The notes beneath the pieces are model-generated. The model did no database searches. It saw nothing but the letters and a program-made list of their open reading frames with translations, and was not told where the DNA came from. From IMG/VR virus record IMGVR_UViG_3300037722_001341, positions 1-42,912 of that record: a stretch of DNA of 42,912 bases, one strand, 5' to 3'. How positions within the stretch are numbered: the first letter of the stretch is position 1; the number at the start of each line of letters is the position of its first letter. This stretch comes from a virus (lineage: Duplodnaviria; Caudoviricetes). The position numbers and the translations under genes were made by a program. Positions 1 through 10,100 of this stretch are shown piece by piece.

Positions 1-132
1 GACCTCGACTGCATCGACCTCGGTGTAGCGGACTACGGTATTGATCGCGATGCCGGTCTTCTTGCTGACAGCATATGGCGTCAATCCGGTTGCGTCATGT
101 GCTGCCTTGAACCTAACGATAAATTTCACCAT
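1..132 (-). CDS. 5' part of the XRE-HTH repressor gene (redundant copy, runs off the window start)
   Basis: Reads MVKFIVRFKAAHDATGLTPYAVSKKTGIAINTVVRY..., same as 42461-42724. Confidence 0.75.
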   Translation of the reverse strand, partial: MVKFIVRFKAAHDATGLTPYAVSKKTGIAINTVVRYTEVDAVEV

Positions 133-159
133 GTGCTCCCTTTCTATTATGCCGACTAT
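1..159. repeat. Terminal direct repeat (copy at 42593-42751), consistent with a circular phage assembly
   Basis: 159 bp identical except position 128 (a) vs 42720 (g); gives a unit length of 42,592 bp. Confidence 0.92.
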
Positions 160-199
160 ACTACAAGTACTTGACATTGTCAAGAGGTTCGAGTATAAT
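155..199. promoter_or_regulatory. Back-to-back divergent sigma70 promoters (lysis/lysogeny switch)
   Basis: Plus strand TTGACA(171-176)-17 bp-TATAAT(194-199); minus strand TTGACA(183-178)-17 bp-TATAGT(160-155); the two -35 boxes form the palindrome CTTGACA-T-TGTCAAG. Confidence 0.88.
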
Positions 200-231
200 A
201 TGTCTAGAGGTTGATATAGGAGAGACCACAG

Positions 232-477
232 ATGAATGAAACCCCACCCGCCGCAACTGAGCCTGTCGTTATCGGCAGCAGCTCGTCCGCCTGGGCAGAC
301 CTGGCTCACGCCAGCTTTGCCGAAATCTTTGACCGCCTCGACGCCATCGAGCAGCAGCTCGTCAGCCCGCCCGACGACGATCACAAAGCAAGAACCCCCG
401 CCGCCGTCCAAACGCCAGGGGTTCTCATCACCTTGCAGCCACAGGAAGGAATGACCAATGCTCACTCCCGTCCATGA
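232..477 (+). CDS. Hypothetical early protein
   Basis: RBS AGGAGA; first ORF after the consensus promoter. Confidence 0.65.
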   Translation: MNETPPAATEPVVIGSSSSAWADLAHASFAEIFDRLDAIEQQLVSPPDDDHKARTPAAVQTPGVLITLQPQEGMTNAHSRP

Positions 478-811
478 CATCACATCAACCGCTATTGTAC
501 CACATTCGCCCCCGGATGCCAGCGCCTGCGCGAAAATCCAGCCTGCGGCATTCATCGAACTGGTCAGGCCCGTCCGCCTGACCGCAACCGACGGCGTCAT
601 GGTTCGCTCTATACTCAGCGACAGCCTGACCGAAGTAAGCGCGGACGATCTCCGGCGTCAGCCCCTGATGTTCAGTCCCGCCTATCGACTGGAGGCCGAG
701 CGGCAGGCAGGGGACTGGGAGGCCGTGAGTCCAGAGCGAGAGCGACGCTGTGATGTCGAAAGCCTGATCGATAGCTGGGCCGCGCTCGCCCTTATCGAAG
801 CGCACCGATAA
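458..811 (+). CDS. Hypothetical early protein
   Basis: RBS AGGAAGG; overlaps the previous ORF in operon fashion. Confidence 0.6.
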   Translation: MLTPVHDITSTAIVPHSPPDASACAKIQPAAFIELVRPVRLTATDGVMVRSILSDSLTEVSADDLRRQPLMFSPAYRLEAERQAGDWEAVSPERERRCDVESLIDSWAALALIEAHR

Positions 812-840
812 AATAACGAAGAAGCGAGGGAAACAAACAG

Positions 841-2382
841 ATGGCTACACAGTCAATTCAGAACCCATTTGCTCTGGCGACTCCGGTTGCCAAGAAACTC
901 AAAATCCTGATCTACGGCCCCCCTGGGTCGGGTAAAACCCGCGCTGCCCTGACCTTCCCCAAAGCAGCCCTCATCGACGCAGAGGGGGGAACAGAACTCT
1001 ATCGTGGGCGTCCGGGCGTGCCCTCCTTCCACGTCCTGGATAGCAAGAGCGTGACCGACCTGGAACGCGCCATCGCGTTCATCGAGCAGGATGCAGGCAA
1101 GACCTACGAGACGCTGATCATCGATCCGATATCTGTCTTCTACGACGTTCAGAAGGCTGCCGCCGAACAAACATCCAAAAGCGGGGCGCTGGGCTACCGG
1201 GAATGGTCCCAGATAAACACTCGCATGAAGCGCGTCTATAACAGTCTGACCAACCTGCCCGTCCACGTGATCGTTCTTGCCAGGGAAAGCGCGGAGTACG
1301 CCTCGAAAGGCTCCAACCTGGAGAAGGTCGGCACAAAACCAGACTCGGACAAAGCCATCGACTACATTTTCGATTTCGTCCTACGGATGGATACGGATCA
1401 TAGCGCAGAGGTTCGCAAAACACGAGGCATCACTCTGGGGAAAAATGGGCGATTAGACAAGGTGGATTGGAGTGTCTTCGAGCCGGTTTCCAACGCCTTT
1501 GTCGATGGCGACACTATCGAACATACAGACGATACCACTATCGCCCATCGGGAGTCGCTGTTCTACAAAGAGGCTGCTGACTCCGCGCAATCCAGCGCAC
1601 AGAACAAGGCCCAAAGCAGCAGCACTCACAGCAAACCCTCCGAAGCTGTCCGGCATATCACCTTGAAAAAGAAAGGGGAGATCAACCGGCTGCTGAAACC
1701 CCTGTACGGCGACAAGGCCACAATAGCCGTGCCCAAACAGATCAACCGGTTGCTGGAACAGGGGACTATTCACAGCGGGACCAGTGCCCTGGCGGCGGCG
1801 GTTCACATTCTGGTGGATCGAGCCAACGATCATTATGAGATGGATGCGGGCGACGTGCTGATCGCCCTCAACGAATCCCTGCCTACGCAGGAACGAGTCG
1901 AGTCCATCAACAATTACTTCACCGACAAGCAATCCCTGGAAGATCAGAGCATGGGCCTGGATGATTTCTGGCAAGCAGTGGTGCAGTTTGGGGGAAAAGT
2001 CACCCCGAAGAGTGATGACACCATCGATCGCCAGGAAACGCTGGCGGACGAATACAGCAAACCGGCAGCGTCCAAATTCAATCAGAACGGGAAATCCAGG
2101 CAGCAGGCCGACGAGCAGAAGAAAACCCGCTACACCGGCGGCGATCTGCTGTCTATCCACACGGTCGAACTGGATATGACCCATCGCGGCGGCAACCGCT
2201 GGACAGCCTGGGCCGACGACACCGACGATAGAAAGCGCCGCTTCCGAATCACGCTCTATCCCGAAGACGTGCGCAAGATCGGCGAGCGTAGTGTCTGCGT
2301 CCATGTGACCACCAGAGACACCCAGGGTCACAGCCAGCGTCTGGATGAGGTTTTCGATCCGGAACCCGCGCTTTCGGAATAG
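841..2382 (+). CDS. AAA_24/Sak4-like P-loop ATPase (phage recombinase) with long C-terminal extension
   Basis: Walker A GPPGSGKT, IDAEGG, Walker B LIIDPIS; layout typical of Sak4. Confidence 0.8.
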   Translation: MATQSIQNPFALATPVAKKLKILIYGPPGSGKTRAALTFPKAALIDAEGGTELYRGRPGVPSFHVLDSKSVTDLERAIAFIEQDAGKTYETLIIDPISVFYDVQKAAAEQTSKSGALGYREWSQINTRMKRVYNSLTNLPVHVIVLARESAEYASKGSNLEKVGTKPDSDKAIDYIFDFVLRMDTDHSAEVRKTRGITLGKNGRLDKVDWSVFEPVSNAFVDGDTIEHTDDTTIAHRESLFYKEAADSAQSSAQNKAQSSSTHSKPSEAVRHITLKKKGEINRLLKPLYGDKATIAVPKQINRLLEQGTIHSGTSALAAAVHILVDRANDHYEMDAGDVLIALNESLPTQERVESINNYFTDKQSLEDQSMGLDDFWQAVVQFGGKVTPKSDDTIDRQETLADEYSKPAASKFNQNGKSRQQADEQKKTRYTGGDLLSIHTVELDMTHRGGNRWTAWADDTDDRKRRFRITLYPEDVRKIGERSVCVHVTTRDTQGHSQRLDEVFDPEPALSE

Positions 2383-2423
2383 AGTGCCCGGAGCTTGACA
2401 GCATCTGGGCACTCTGATAACAT
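2381..2423 (+). promoter_or_regulatory. Promoter with -35 box enclosed by an inverted repeat
   Basis: TTGACA(2395-2400)-17 bp-TAACAT(2418-2423) with extended TG; arms AGAGTGCCC / GGGCACTCT. Confidence 0.65.
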
Positions 2424-2455
2424 GTACTATGAAGGACATTATAAAGGAGCGCGCG

Positions 2456-2947
2456 ATGTTCGAGCAATTTACCACAGCGATACCCTTAGCCGAACTGTTC
2501 AAGAAACTGGTCTATGATGACAACCGGCGTCTGGGCAGACGACACATACTGGATCGGATCGCCGATTTCGAGAGCGCCGATTGGCAGCCCCAGGCGCTGT
2601 CTGAGGTCTGGGATAGCCGGTTCACATTCGACGGGGACACGATTGACTACGAGGGCGAAAATCTGTTCGACGATCTGGTGTTTCTGTTGACAGCTTACCT
2701 GAAGGCACTGGGGAAAGAAACGGGCGGAGTTTCGTCAAAGCGGGTGTTCAGCACAAAGGAGGCCGCTAACTACCTGGGGGTGTCGATACGCACCATGAAG
2801 TACCACATCCATACGGGCAAGAATCTGCATGGCACGCTGATCGGCCATTCGCTGATCTTCACTCAGGAGGAACTCGACGCCTTCCAGCGAAATCGACGCG
2901 ATCGCGGCAGACCACCGAAGGAGTCGAAGAGGCAAGCAGCCTCGTGA
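2456..2947 (+). CDS. DNA-binding protein with C-terminal excisionase-type (HTH_17) domain
   Basis: FSTKEAANYLGVSIRTMKYHI...FTQEELDAF then RGRPPK; RBS AAGGAG favours ATG 2456 (alternative start 2429). Confidence 0.8.
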   Translation: MFEQFTTAIPLAELFKKLVYDDNRRLGRRHILDRIADFESADWQPQALSEVWDSRFTFDGDTIDYEGENLFDDLVFLLTAYLKALGKETGGVSSKRVFSTKEAANYLGVSIRTMKYHIHTGKNLHGTLIGHSLIFTQEELDAFQRNRRDRGRPPKESKRQAAS

Positions 2948-2956
2948 CCCCGAATC

Positions 2957-2982
2957 AAAAAACTCCCCGCCAGGGCGGGGAG
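2957..2982 (-). terminator. Intrinsic terminator between convergent operons
   Basis: CTCCCCGCC-CT-GGCGGGGAG stem followed by TTTTTT on the minus strand. Confidence 0.8.
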
Positions 2983-3000
2983 AAAGATCGTTCAACCACT

Positions 3001-3035
3001 CCCCTCTCCGTCCGGGAGAGGGGCCGGGGGTGAGG
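3001..3035. repeat. G/C-rich palindromic REP-like element (intergenic)
   Basis: CCCCTCTCC-gtccg-GGAGAGGGG + CCGGGGGTGAGG. Confidence 0.7.
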
Positions 3036-3947
3036 TTATCGCAGCACCCGCTGCATGTCTCCGTCCGGCCAATCGACCGGCTCCACTCGATACGACAGCC
3101 ACAGCACATCGCCCTCCCACAGAGGCCGGTTCAGATTTAGCCCACAACTGAGCACGATCCCCAGGTCAACTGTCGCTTTGAACGAGACCGTTACGTGCTC
3201 CACCAGGTCATCGCTCCAGGAAGTCCTATCTGGCAATAAACCCTGCGGATCGAAGCCGTAACGGAAGCCGGAATCGGCCCACAACATGCACAGTCCCTGC
3301 CATTCTTTCGACGACTCGGCATACGACACCGCGCCAATCGTCTTCACCAACGGTTGATATTCCAGGTCAGCTACGTAATTCTGACCCGCCTGTAGTTGCA
3401 GCCCGGCCACCACCAGCGACGCCAAACCGCTCGCCGCCGTCACGTTCATGCTGAAATGATCGTTTTTGTAGAAGACATCCGGCACCCAGTCGCTGATCAT
3501 CAGGTCACCGTGCAGCCCCGTCATCTGGAAGGCCCAGTCATATGTCACCGGTCCGAACGGCGGCTTTGGTGCCTGCACCGTGTGCTTGATCACCTCCGCC
3601 GACCCCGGCACCGGGAAATGCGACCGGCTCTCCGGCCACAACCAGGCTCCGGCCTCCAGGTCATAATTATTGACGTTGATCGGCGTGAACAAAAAGCACG
3701 AATGAAGTCCGCTCGCCGGACAGTCCGGGGGGGAGGTCGGGCTGGGGGGAGCCTCGACCTCCCGTGTGGGCGTGGGTGGAGCCATCGTTACCGGCAGCGG
3801 CCCGCAGGCCGCCAGAAACATGAAAATGAGCAGCACAATTCCCCCTCTCCATGCGATGGGGAGGGGGTCAGGGGGTGGGGAATCGTGGATAATCATATTT
3901 CTGTCAGCCTTGCCAGCGATTTTCGGCGGGCAGATCGACAGCCACAA
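3036..3947 (-). CDS. Putative lipoprotein with Pro-rich linker and beta-rich domain; last gene of the lysis region (start uncertain, possibly 3896)
   Basis: Hydrophobic stretch IVLLIFMFLAA-C lipobox, then PPTPT/PPSPTSPP linker. Confidence 0.7.
   Translation of the reverse strand: MWLSICPPKIAGKADRNMIIHDSPPPDPLPIAWRGGIVLLIFMFLAACGPLPVTMAPPTPTREVEAPPSPTSPPDCPASGLHSCFLFTPINVNNYDLEAGAWLWPESRSHFPVPGSAEVIKHTVQAPKPPFGPVTYDWAFQMTGLHGDLMISDWVPDVFYKNDHFSMNVTAASGLASLVVAGLQLQAGQNYVADLEYQPLVKTIGAVSYAESSKEWQGLCMLWADSGFRYGFDPQGLLPDRTSWSDDLVEHVTVSFKATVDLGIVLSCGLNLNRPLWEGDVLWLSYRVEPVDWPDGDMQRVLR
3841..3880. repeat. REP-like palindrome in the 5' part of the lipoprotein ORF
   Basis: CCCCCTCTCCAT-gcg-ATGGGGAGGGGG + TCAGGGGGTGGGG. 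Confidence 0.65.
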
Positions 3948-4557
3948 CGGGCTTCTTCAACCCGGCCTTGCTCTGAAAACCAGCCGTCCCGCGCGCCTTC
4001 AGGTGCGGCTGCCACGACGCGCTCAGAAACTGGATGCCCAGCGTCCCCAGCAGCCAGGGGCCGAAATCTTCCACCACCCGGCTGAGGAAGTCCACCACCA
4101 CCGCGAGCTGCGTCTCGTCGATGAGAGCCGAATTCACCAGCCCCTTGATGCCCACCAGGGCCACGATGAAAATTAACGCCACGTGACCCGCCTGTGGGTC
4201 GAACTGGGTGTACTTTCGCGCCACCCACTGCACGATCTCCACGCCATAAAGCAATAGCGCCAGGCCGCCGCCGATAAACTTCAGCCCGAATCGCTCGATG
4301 GCATACTCGAAGAACGCCACCAGATCGCTTTGCTCCCCCTCGCTCCCCACCCTGACTCCCTCCCCATACATGGGGAGGGCCGGGGAGGGGTTGGGGGTGG
4401 GGATAAGACGTGACTCCCCTACCGCTGCCACCGATGACAACACCGCCAGCAGCATGATGATCAGAATGATAAGTCGTGATTTCAACTCACACCTCCTGCG
4501 GCTTCTTCCGCCGCTTCTTCTTCGCCCTGCTTCATAGTCATAAATTCCGACGCCCAC
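3904..4557 (-). CDS. Multi-TM membrane protein, holin-like (true start probably near 4485)
   Basis: Signal-like N-terminus plus about 3 hydrophobic segments; follows the tail genes. Confidence 0.65.
   Translation of the reverse strand: MGVGIYDYEAGRRRSGGRSRRRCELKSRLIILIIMLLAVLSSVAAVGESRLIPTPNPSPALPMYGEGVRVGSEGEQSDLVAFFEYAIERFGLKFIGGGLALLLYGVEIVQWVARKYTQFDPQAGHVALIFIVALVGIKGLVNSALIDETQLAVVVDFLSRVVEDFGPWLLGTLGIQFLSASWQPHLKARGTAGFQSKAGLKKPVVAVDLPAENRWQG
4351..4390 (+). repeat. 40-bp palindromic element, copy A (in-frame in the membrane protein)
   Basis: CCTGACTCCCTCCCCATACATGGGGAGGGCCGGGGAGGGG; 38/40 identical to the reverse complement of 34649-34688. Confidence 0.85.
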
Positions 4558-5168
4558 ACCTTGTTCATCTCTGTCGCCCGCTTCATCGCCTCAATTTCGA
4601 TCGACAGATCGTGGTTGTGCTGTTGCAGCCGCTCGTGCTCGCGCTCGGCGTTATTCGCGCGGTCACTAGCCTGTTCCAGCAGCAGCCGCAGTTCGGAATA
4701 TTTGACTTTTACATCGTCGATCTCGACCCGCAGTCCCTGTATCTCTTTCCGCAGGTTGTCACGCTCCTCTTTGATGATGTCCAGTTCCTGCGTGACCCGA
4801 TTCTTGTCCTGCATCAGCCGCCGATTGCGCTCTTCTTCGACCGCGTGGTCTTTCGTCTTAGCTTCGTATAACGTCAACACCCGTTGAAAATTGTTGATTT
4901 GCTCCTCATTGCGGTGGCGCTGCTCGGCGAGTTCTTTCGCCAACACGGTCATCTTCTCTTCGAGCAGAACAACCTTTCCGGCCTCATCTCGCAGATCGGC
5001 CAGTTCCTGGTCGCGCGCTTTTTTCTCCGCCTCCGCCTCCGCCGCCAGTGCCTTCTGCCGCTCGTCATGCCGCTTCAGCAGCGTCCGTACCACGACACCA
5101 GCACTGCCACCCCCGCCGAAAACCAGGAGCAAAAGTTGAGCGATGACTCCGATAACCTCACTATCCAT
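4482..5168 (-). CDS. N-terminally anchored coiled-coil membrane protein (lysis cassette)
   Basis: One TM segment followed by about 180 aa of heptad-rich sequence. Confidence 0.75.
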   Translation of the reverse strand: MDSEVIGVIAQLLLLVFGGGGSAGVVVRTLLKRHDERQKALAAEAEAEKKARDQELADLRDEAGKVVLLEEKMTVLAKELAEQRHRNEEQINNFQRVLTLYEAKTKDHAVEEERNRRLMQDKNRVTQELDIIKEERDNLRKEIQGLRVEIDDVKVKYSELRLLLEQASDRANNAEREHERLQQHNHDLSIEIEAMKRATEMNKVWASEFMTMKQGEEEAAEEAAGGVS

Positions 5169-5568
5169 GAGTCGCCCCGTTCAGCCGGAAGTAGATAATC
5201 AATAAGTAGGCGTAGATCATCCCGAAGGCCACCGCCGCCGCCAGCGACACCGCCCCGGCCAGGAACCCCGCCACCGCCGCCAGGCAGAAGAAGAGCAGCG
5301 GCAGCGATAAGATCACAAATAGGATATCGTGATACGGAATCGACGCCGCCGGGATCAGCAGCCGGAGCACGATCAGACCCCCGGTCACCAGGAACACCAC
5401 CGCCGTCCGATCCGGGCTGAGAAATGGCAACACCGATTCGACATACTGTGCGACCGTAGACACCGGCGGTGCCAGCAGCGATAGACCGAGCAGCACCTGT
5501 CCGCTCCCTGTCACTATCGTTATCAGCCACCGCGTCCCGAATTCCATCATGTCATTTCCCGCACCCAC
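5161..5568 (-). CDS. Four-TM membrane protein, holin-like
   Basis: Four hydrophobic segments; overlaps the next gene. Confidence 0.7.
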   Translation of the reverse strand: MGAGNDMMEFGTRWLITIVTGSGQVLLGLSLLAPPVSTVAQYVESVLPFLSPDRTAVVFLVTGGLIVLRLLIPAASIPYHDILFVILSLPLLFFCLAAVAGFLAGAVSLAAAVAFGMIYAYLLIIYFRLNGATHG

Positions 5569-5628
5569 ATCTTTGGATGAACCGCATAGCTGGCCGTCTG
5601 CCCGGACACAGCGTTTTTGACAGGCTTC

Positions 5629-5808
5629 TCACCATAGGAACTGATTGCTCCCGTCGAGCCGTCTGAAAGCGATCACTCGTCCCCCGATCTCATACCAGCC
5701 TTTATAGCCGGTGTCGGATTCCACACCATACGCGCGATAGCGAACGGCACGACGCAGACCGACATACAGCAGCCAGCGCCACAGTGCTTTAATTCGAAAC
5801 CAGATCAT
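5629..5808 (-). CDS. 59-aa basic, Trp-rich protein (copy 1; absent from the ORF track)
   Basis: RBS AAAGGAGG; MIWFRIKALWRWLLYVGLRRAVRYRAYGVESDTGYKGWYEIGGRVIAFRRLDGSNQFLW; paralog at 26868-27047 differs mostly synonymously. Confidence 0.85.
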   Translation of the reverse strand: MIWFRIKALWRWLLYVGLRRAVRYRAYGVESDTGYKGWYEIGGRVIAFRRLDGSNQFLW

Positions 5809-5847
5809 CTTGCCTCCTTTGAGTGCCGACTCTAATCGCGATCACAA

Positions 5848-7176
5848 TCACAATGCGTTGTTTGCACTGACGACCGCCCAATCGGTATTCGCGACGATCC
5901 CTTGTAGCTTGATGTAATCAGGCTGATTAAATAACGAAATCGAGCTACCGGTTTCACCGATGGTATCTCCCGACGCCGCTTCGATACTGGCATCAAAATT
6001 GATATCAACAATATAAATTTCGACCGTATCATCAACAGCAAAAGTGGCGGGAAGCGTGCAAACCTTCGCTCCGACCCCCGCAGTGTCCCATTTGTAGCGC
6101 CCGTTTGCTACCGCCGTGAAATCCGTCGTCTTCGTTTCCCAGGAAGGCATCGAGGCCGCTCCACTTTGCGTTGTCTCTGTCCACACCGCAGCCGTCGCCG
6201 TCGGGTCAAGACAAATATATGCTTTGTCGTTCGTTGTATCGACCCACACGCTCCCCACAGCATAGCCGTCGCCGCTATCGTCATCGGCGGTCGGGGCCGT
6301 AGAGGCAGCGAGATTGTGCTTCAGGATTGACAGCGCTGCGCCTGCGCTCGCCTGGATAACGTGTCCGGGACCGGTCGCGCTCAGGTCGGCCTCGGTGCCC
6401 CCGCTCTCCAGATTCACCGTCCCATCTTGTCCCTTCGAAAGGAATTCTGGGGCATTGAAAAGGTAGCGCCCTGATTCGAGGGCGGACATGCCCTTCACCA
6501 GCACGACCCAGCCAATCAGAAAACGTCCAGCGGTCACGCTGCTGGGATAAAACCCGCCGGCGAAAGCCTGTTCGTGTCCGAGTTCTGCCGGGAATTCTGC
6601 CCCGGCGGTGTAATACAGCGTCCCATCGGTGGGATCGACTTCGACCAGATACGCCTTTGCCTTGCCGTTCGTGGCCGGTACCAGACTGGTAAAATCCTGC
6701 GTGAGCTGCGCCGCGATGAAATAGAGATTATTGTTGAGCGAGTACACCCCATCACTGACCACCGCAAACATCGACGGTGTGGGCGAGGTTGGATGGAGCG
6801 TGGCGTAATCTAACTGGTCGATGCTGACTACCCGCTGGTCATGCAGATAGACGCCTTCAAAAAACTCGGTCCAGAGTTCGTCATTGCGTCCAGCAATCTT
6901 GAACTGCTTTCCATCCCAGGTCACCAGCACCGGTGCGCCATAGAGCAGTTCATCCGAACGCAGAAGCGTATTCATGACCATGCCCGGCGACTCCTGGCCG
7001 GTGGCGTCCTGGACATAGACCATCCCGATCTTATCAGTCTTGTCCTTTGGCACCACCACCAGGCCATCGGCAGGGTTGCCCAGTCGAGTCGCGAAGGGTT
7101 CGTAGAGTGCTGAACCCAGCGCCTCTTCCAGTGCCTGTTGCAGAGTACGGGCCTCAAACCGGGTGAAATTCTTCAT
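5848..7176 (-). CDS. Minor tail / tail fibre protein
   Basis: Position after the large tail protein; APTADDDSGDGYAVGSVWVDT motif typical of phage fibre proteins. Confidence 0.7.
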   Translation of the reverse strand: MKNFTRFEARTLQQALEEALGSALYEPFATRLGNPADGLVVVPKDKTDKIGMVYVQDATGQESPGMVMNTLLRSDELLYGAPVLVTWDGKQFKIAGRNDELWTEFFEGVYLHDQRVVSIDQLDYATLHPTSPTPSMFAVVSDGVYSLNNNLYFIAAQLTQDFTSLVPATNGKAKAYLVEVDPTDGTLYYTAGAEFPAELGHEQAFAGGFYPSSVTAGRFLIGWVVLVKGMSALESGRYLFNAPEFLSKGQDGTVNLESGGTEADLSATGPGHVIQASAGAALSILKHNLAASTAPTADDDSGDGYAVGSVWVDTTNDKAYICLDPTATAAVWTETTQSGAASMPSWETKTTDFTAVANGRYKWDTAGVGAKVCTLPATFAVDDTVEIYIVDINFDASIEAASGDTIGETGSSISLFNQPDYIKLQGIVANTDWAVVSANNAL

Positions 7177-10100
7177 ACCAGTGCCAGCATCCCCCGGATT
7201 GTCCCGACATCACCCCACACGGCAGCCAGGTTCCCGCGCTTGTCCTCGATGGCACTGCCCCCGTCGCCGCTGTAATCCAGTGCTGCGACCCCGCCGAGCA
7301 GCAGGATATCACCGGAGACTTTGACCGCCCGGTAACTGCTCACCCCCCCGTTCGACCAGGTGCCTCCCTGATCGACCGACTGGAAGAGCCGCCAATCGGC
7401 ACTGCCATCGCCGCCGACCATCGCGATATCGTTCACATCTTGCTTGCTCACACCGAGGCCATAGGGCGCATCCGGGCGACCGTCGGGCGTGCTGGGCGTG
7501 ATCGTCCACCAGGTCGGACTGGTGTGTACGTCGTCTACTCGCTTCAAAGCACCGGCATAGATTGTCTCTGTAATATCGATCCGAGGCCGGGTGATCAAAA
7601 TTCTCCAGGTCGCTTCATCCTGGAGAGTAGTAGCGTCTGGTGTCCCGGAAGTCGTAATCTCGATAGACTTGATCCGCTTTCCACCCGTGATGTCGATATT
7701 CGTTTCCAGTTGAACCGCCACAAAGTACGTATAGATGCCGCCGACCGGGCCTGTTGTCGTCGCGGTGCTCGCGTTGTAGATAAGCGTCCCCGAATCCGTG
7801 TCCGTGCTGTCGTCGTCAAACGTGACAAGAATCGTCCAGGGCAGAGTCCACTCGACCTGACCGGGAGTACTCACCGTTGTGCGTTTCTCGAAACGGAAAG
7901 TAATGCCGTTGCCGCTGTCCCAGTCGCTGATGGGATTCTCTTCAAAGCCAGAGGGTTTCAGCTGCCACAGCGTCTCCAGCGCCATGCTGCTCGGCTCGGC
8001 GACACCCGTGTGCTCCAGGTAGTGGCCGGATGGACCGCTGAGCGAGTAGCTTGCCGCAACATCGACGCCGCCTACCTGTGAGAGCGTCGCTTCCTGACTA
8101 TCGGTGTAGAGCGGCTCTGTGGTCGAATCCATCGACACCGTGTTGAGGGTGGTCGAAATTGTCGTGAAGACGACGTAGGCACTGTCCTCCCCATCAGCGA
8201 TGATCATCGGGATCGGTCGCGATATCGTCGAGGCCCCGGAGACCGCACTGAATGTCCCCCCGGTGGTCGCGGCGCGGTAGAGAGTGTAACTGCTGCCATT
8301 CCAGCCGGCCGCCAGCTGCGCCTGGCCGTCGAGGGCGAAGCCCAGATCGGCGTTGTCGTTTCCGGTGTCCACGTGACCCGACCCGACCGTGACGGCGGCG
8401 GCCCATGTGCCCCCGTTGTCGGTCGATCGACCGACGTATTCCCCGCTCTGATCGTGCCAGTGCACGGCCACGAAATCATCGTAATCCCGTGAGCACTGGA
8501 TACGCGCCCCGGTCGAGACGCTGCTATCGTTCATGGTGTAGGTAGACAGGAGTTCAGCGCTCAGTGTGGTGGCAAAGATGTCGTCGATGCGATAGATGTT
8601 CAAACTCGTGCCATCGGCAGTCACCACGAACACGCTGGCCTTGAAACTGGCGTTGAACCCGTTGGTGAAAAAAGCCGAATTGTAATCCCAGTCCGCGTCG
8701 CAAACGGTGCCCTCCAGGAGACTGCTAACATCCTGGAAGATCGGATTGGCGCTGGTCAACGAAAACGACCGCGCCAGTTCCCCGCCGTCATTGTGCACCA
8801 GCAGCAGGTTCAATTGCAGGCTGGTGTTCTTGGGTGCGAAGGGTACCGGGACGTTGTGCACCCAACCGAAATCGATCTGTCCCGCCCCTTCCCCACGCGG
8901 CCAGGGCAGTTCCTCGCCCGGCTGTCCGAAGGTCTCCGGCTGAAAACTGACATCGATAGTTTTCACCAGATCGAAATCCTCCAGTTCATAGCGCCGATCC
9001 ACACGCACTGGCAGCATCCGCGTGCCATTCCAGCCTTTGCCTCGTGGATCGTAGGTCGTATCGGCGGGGATCAGGAAGCTGTGCCAGACCATCTGCACTG
9101 GATCGACGATATCGAGATTGCGGTCGGCGGTGATTCTGATTTCCGGGGTCGGGTTATTCTGCTCGGCGTACCAGTGCCCGACCGCCTCTCTGACCCGTGT
9201 CAACCCGTCGGCGAGGGCGATAGAAAAATCGGGCATCCGCGTGCGCCCCACGCCCTGGCCGAGTTTGCGTATCGCAGCATAGGGCGCGATCCCCGACGCC
9301 CCCCCGCCGTTATAGGAACGTCCCGCCCCGATCACCTGTCCTACCTGCGGACGAAAGTTGTGCGGGTAAGTGATCGGGGGAATAATGTCCCCTGGCTGCC
9401 AGTCGAACACTTCGGCAACCGCATTGCGATAGGTGTTCCCCTCGCGGATCGGGTTCTTCCGCAGCGTCGTCGTCCCATCCAGGGCGCTGCCGAGATTGCC
9501 CAGCACTTGATCGGCGACCGATTGCATCTGGCTGCCCAGGTCGCCCGCGTCGAAGGGCCAGGACAATTTGCGCGGGGTCGTCAACGCCCCGACATCCAGA
9601 TCGTGCATATCGAGCAGCGCCCGGCAGTGCCAGCGAATCAGGTAAAAGAGCGCCCCTGCCGGATTGGAGAGTGCCGTACTGCATTCCGTCCAATCGCCTG
9701 GCGTGCCTGAGACTTCGGCCAGAAGCTGCGAGGGCATCGGGATGTCGCGGGCGATAAGGTAGGGCGACTGCACCGTCATGCTCATCCGAGGCACTTCCCC
9801 GTCATGCTCCACCTCGTCGAAGCGAACGATGTACCCCACGAAGGTATCGGCCAGCACACCATCGCTCACCACCTGGCCGCCGAACAACGCGCTCTCGGTC
9901 AGCAGCACCCCGGCCCCAGGCAGGATCACGCTGTCGTCGAGTCCGTCACCCCAGACGCTTAGCACCAGTTCCGCCCCCTGCCGCGTCTGGGAGAAGCTCT
10001 CGATCTGCCAGGGGTACGTCTCGCCGAAGGGCGTATATCCCGTGCCCTTCACAAAGAGCCAGGTCGTGGCCGTGTGGCTGTTGCCGTTGCTGTCCGTCAC

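Noticed and set aside
1453-2502. Long antisense ORFs (also 8793-9710, 11941-12792, 33841-34698 and similar)
   Set aside because: Shadow frames of GC-rich genes with clear products on the opposite strand
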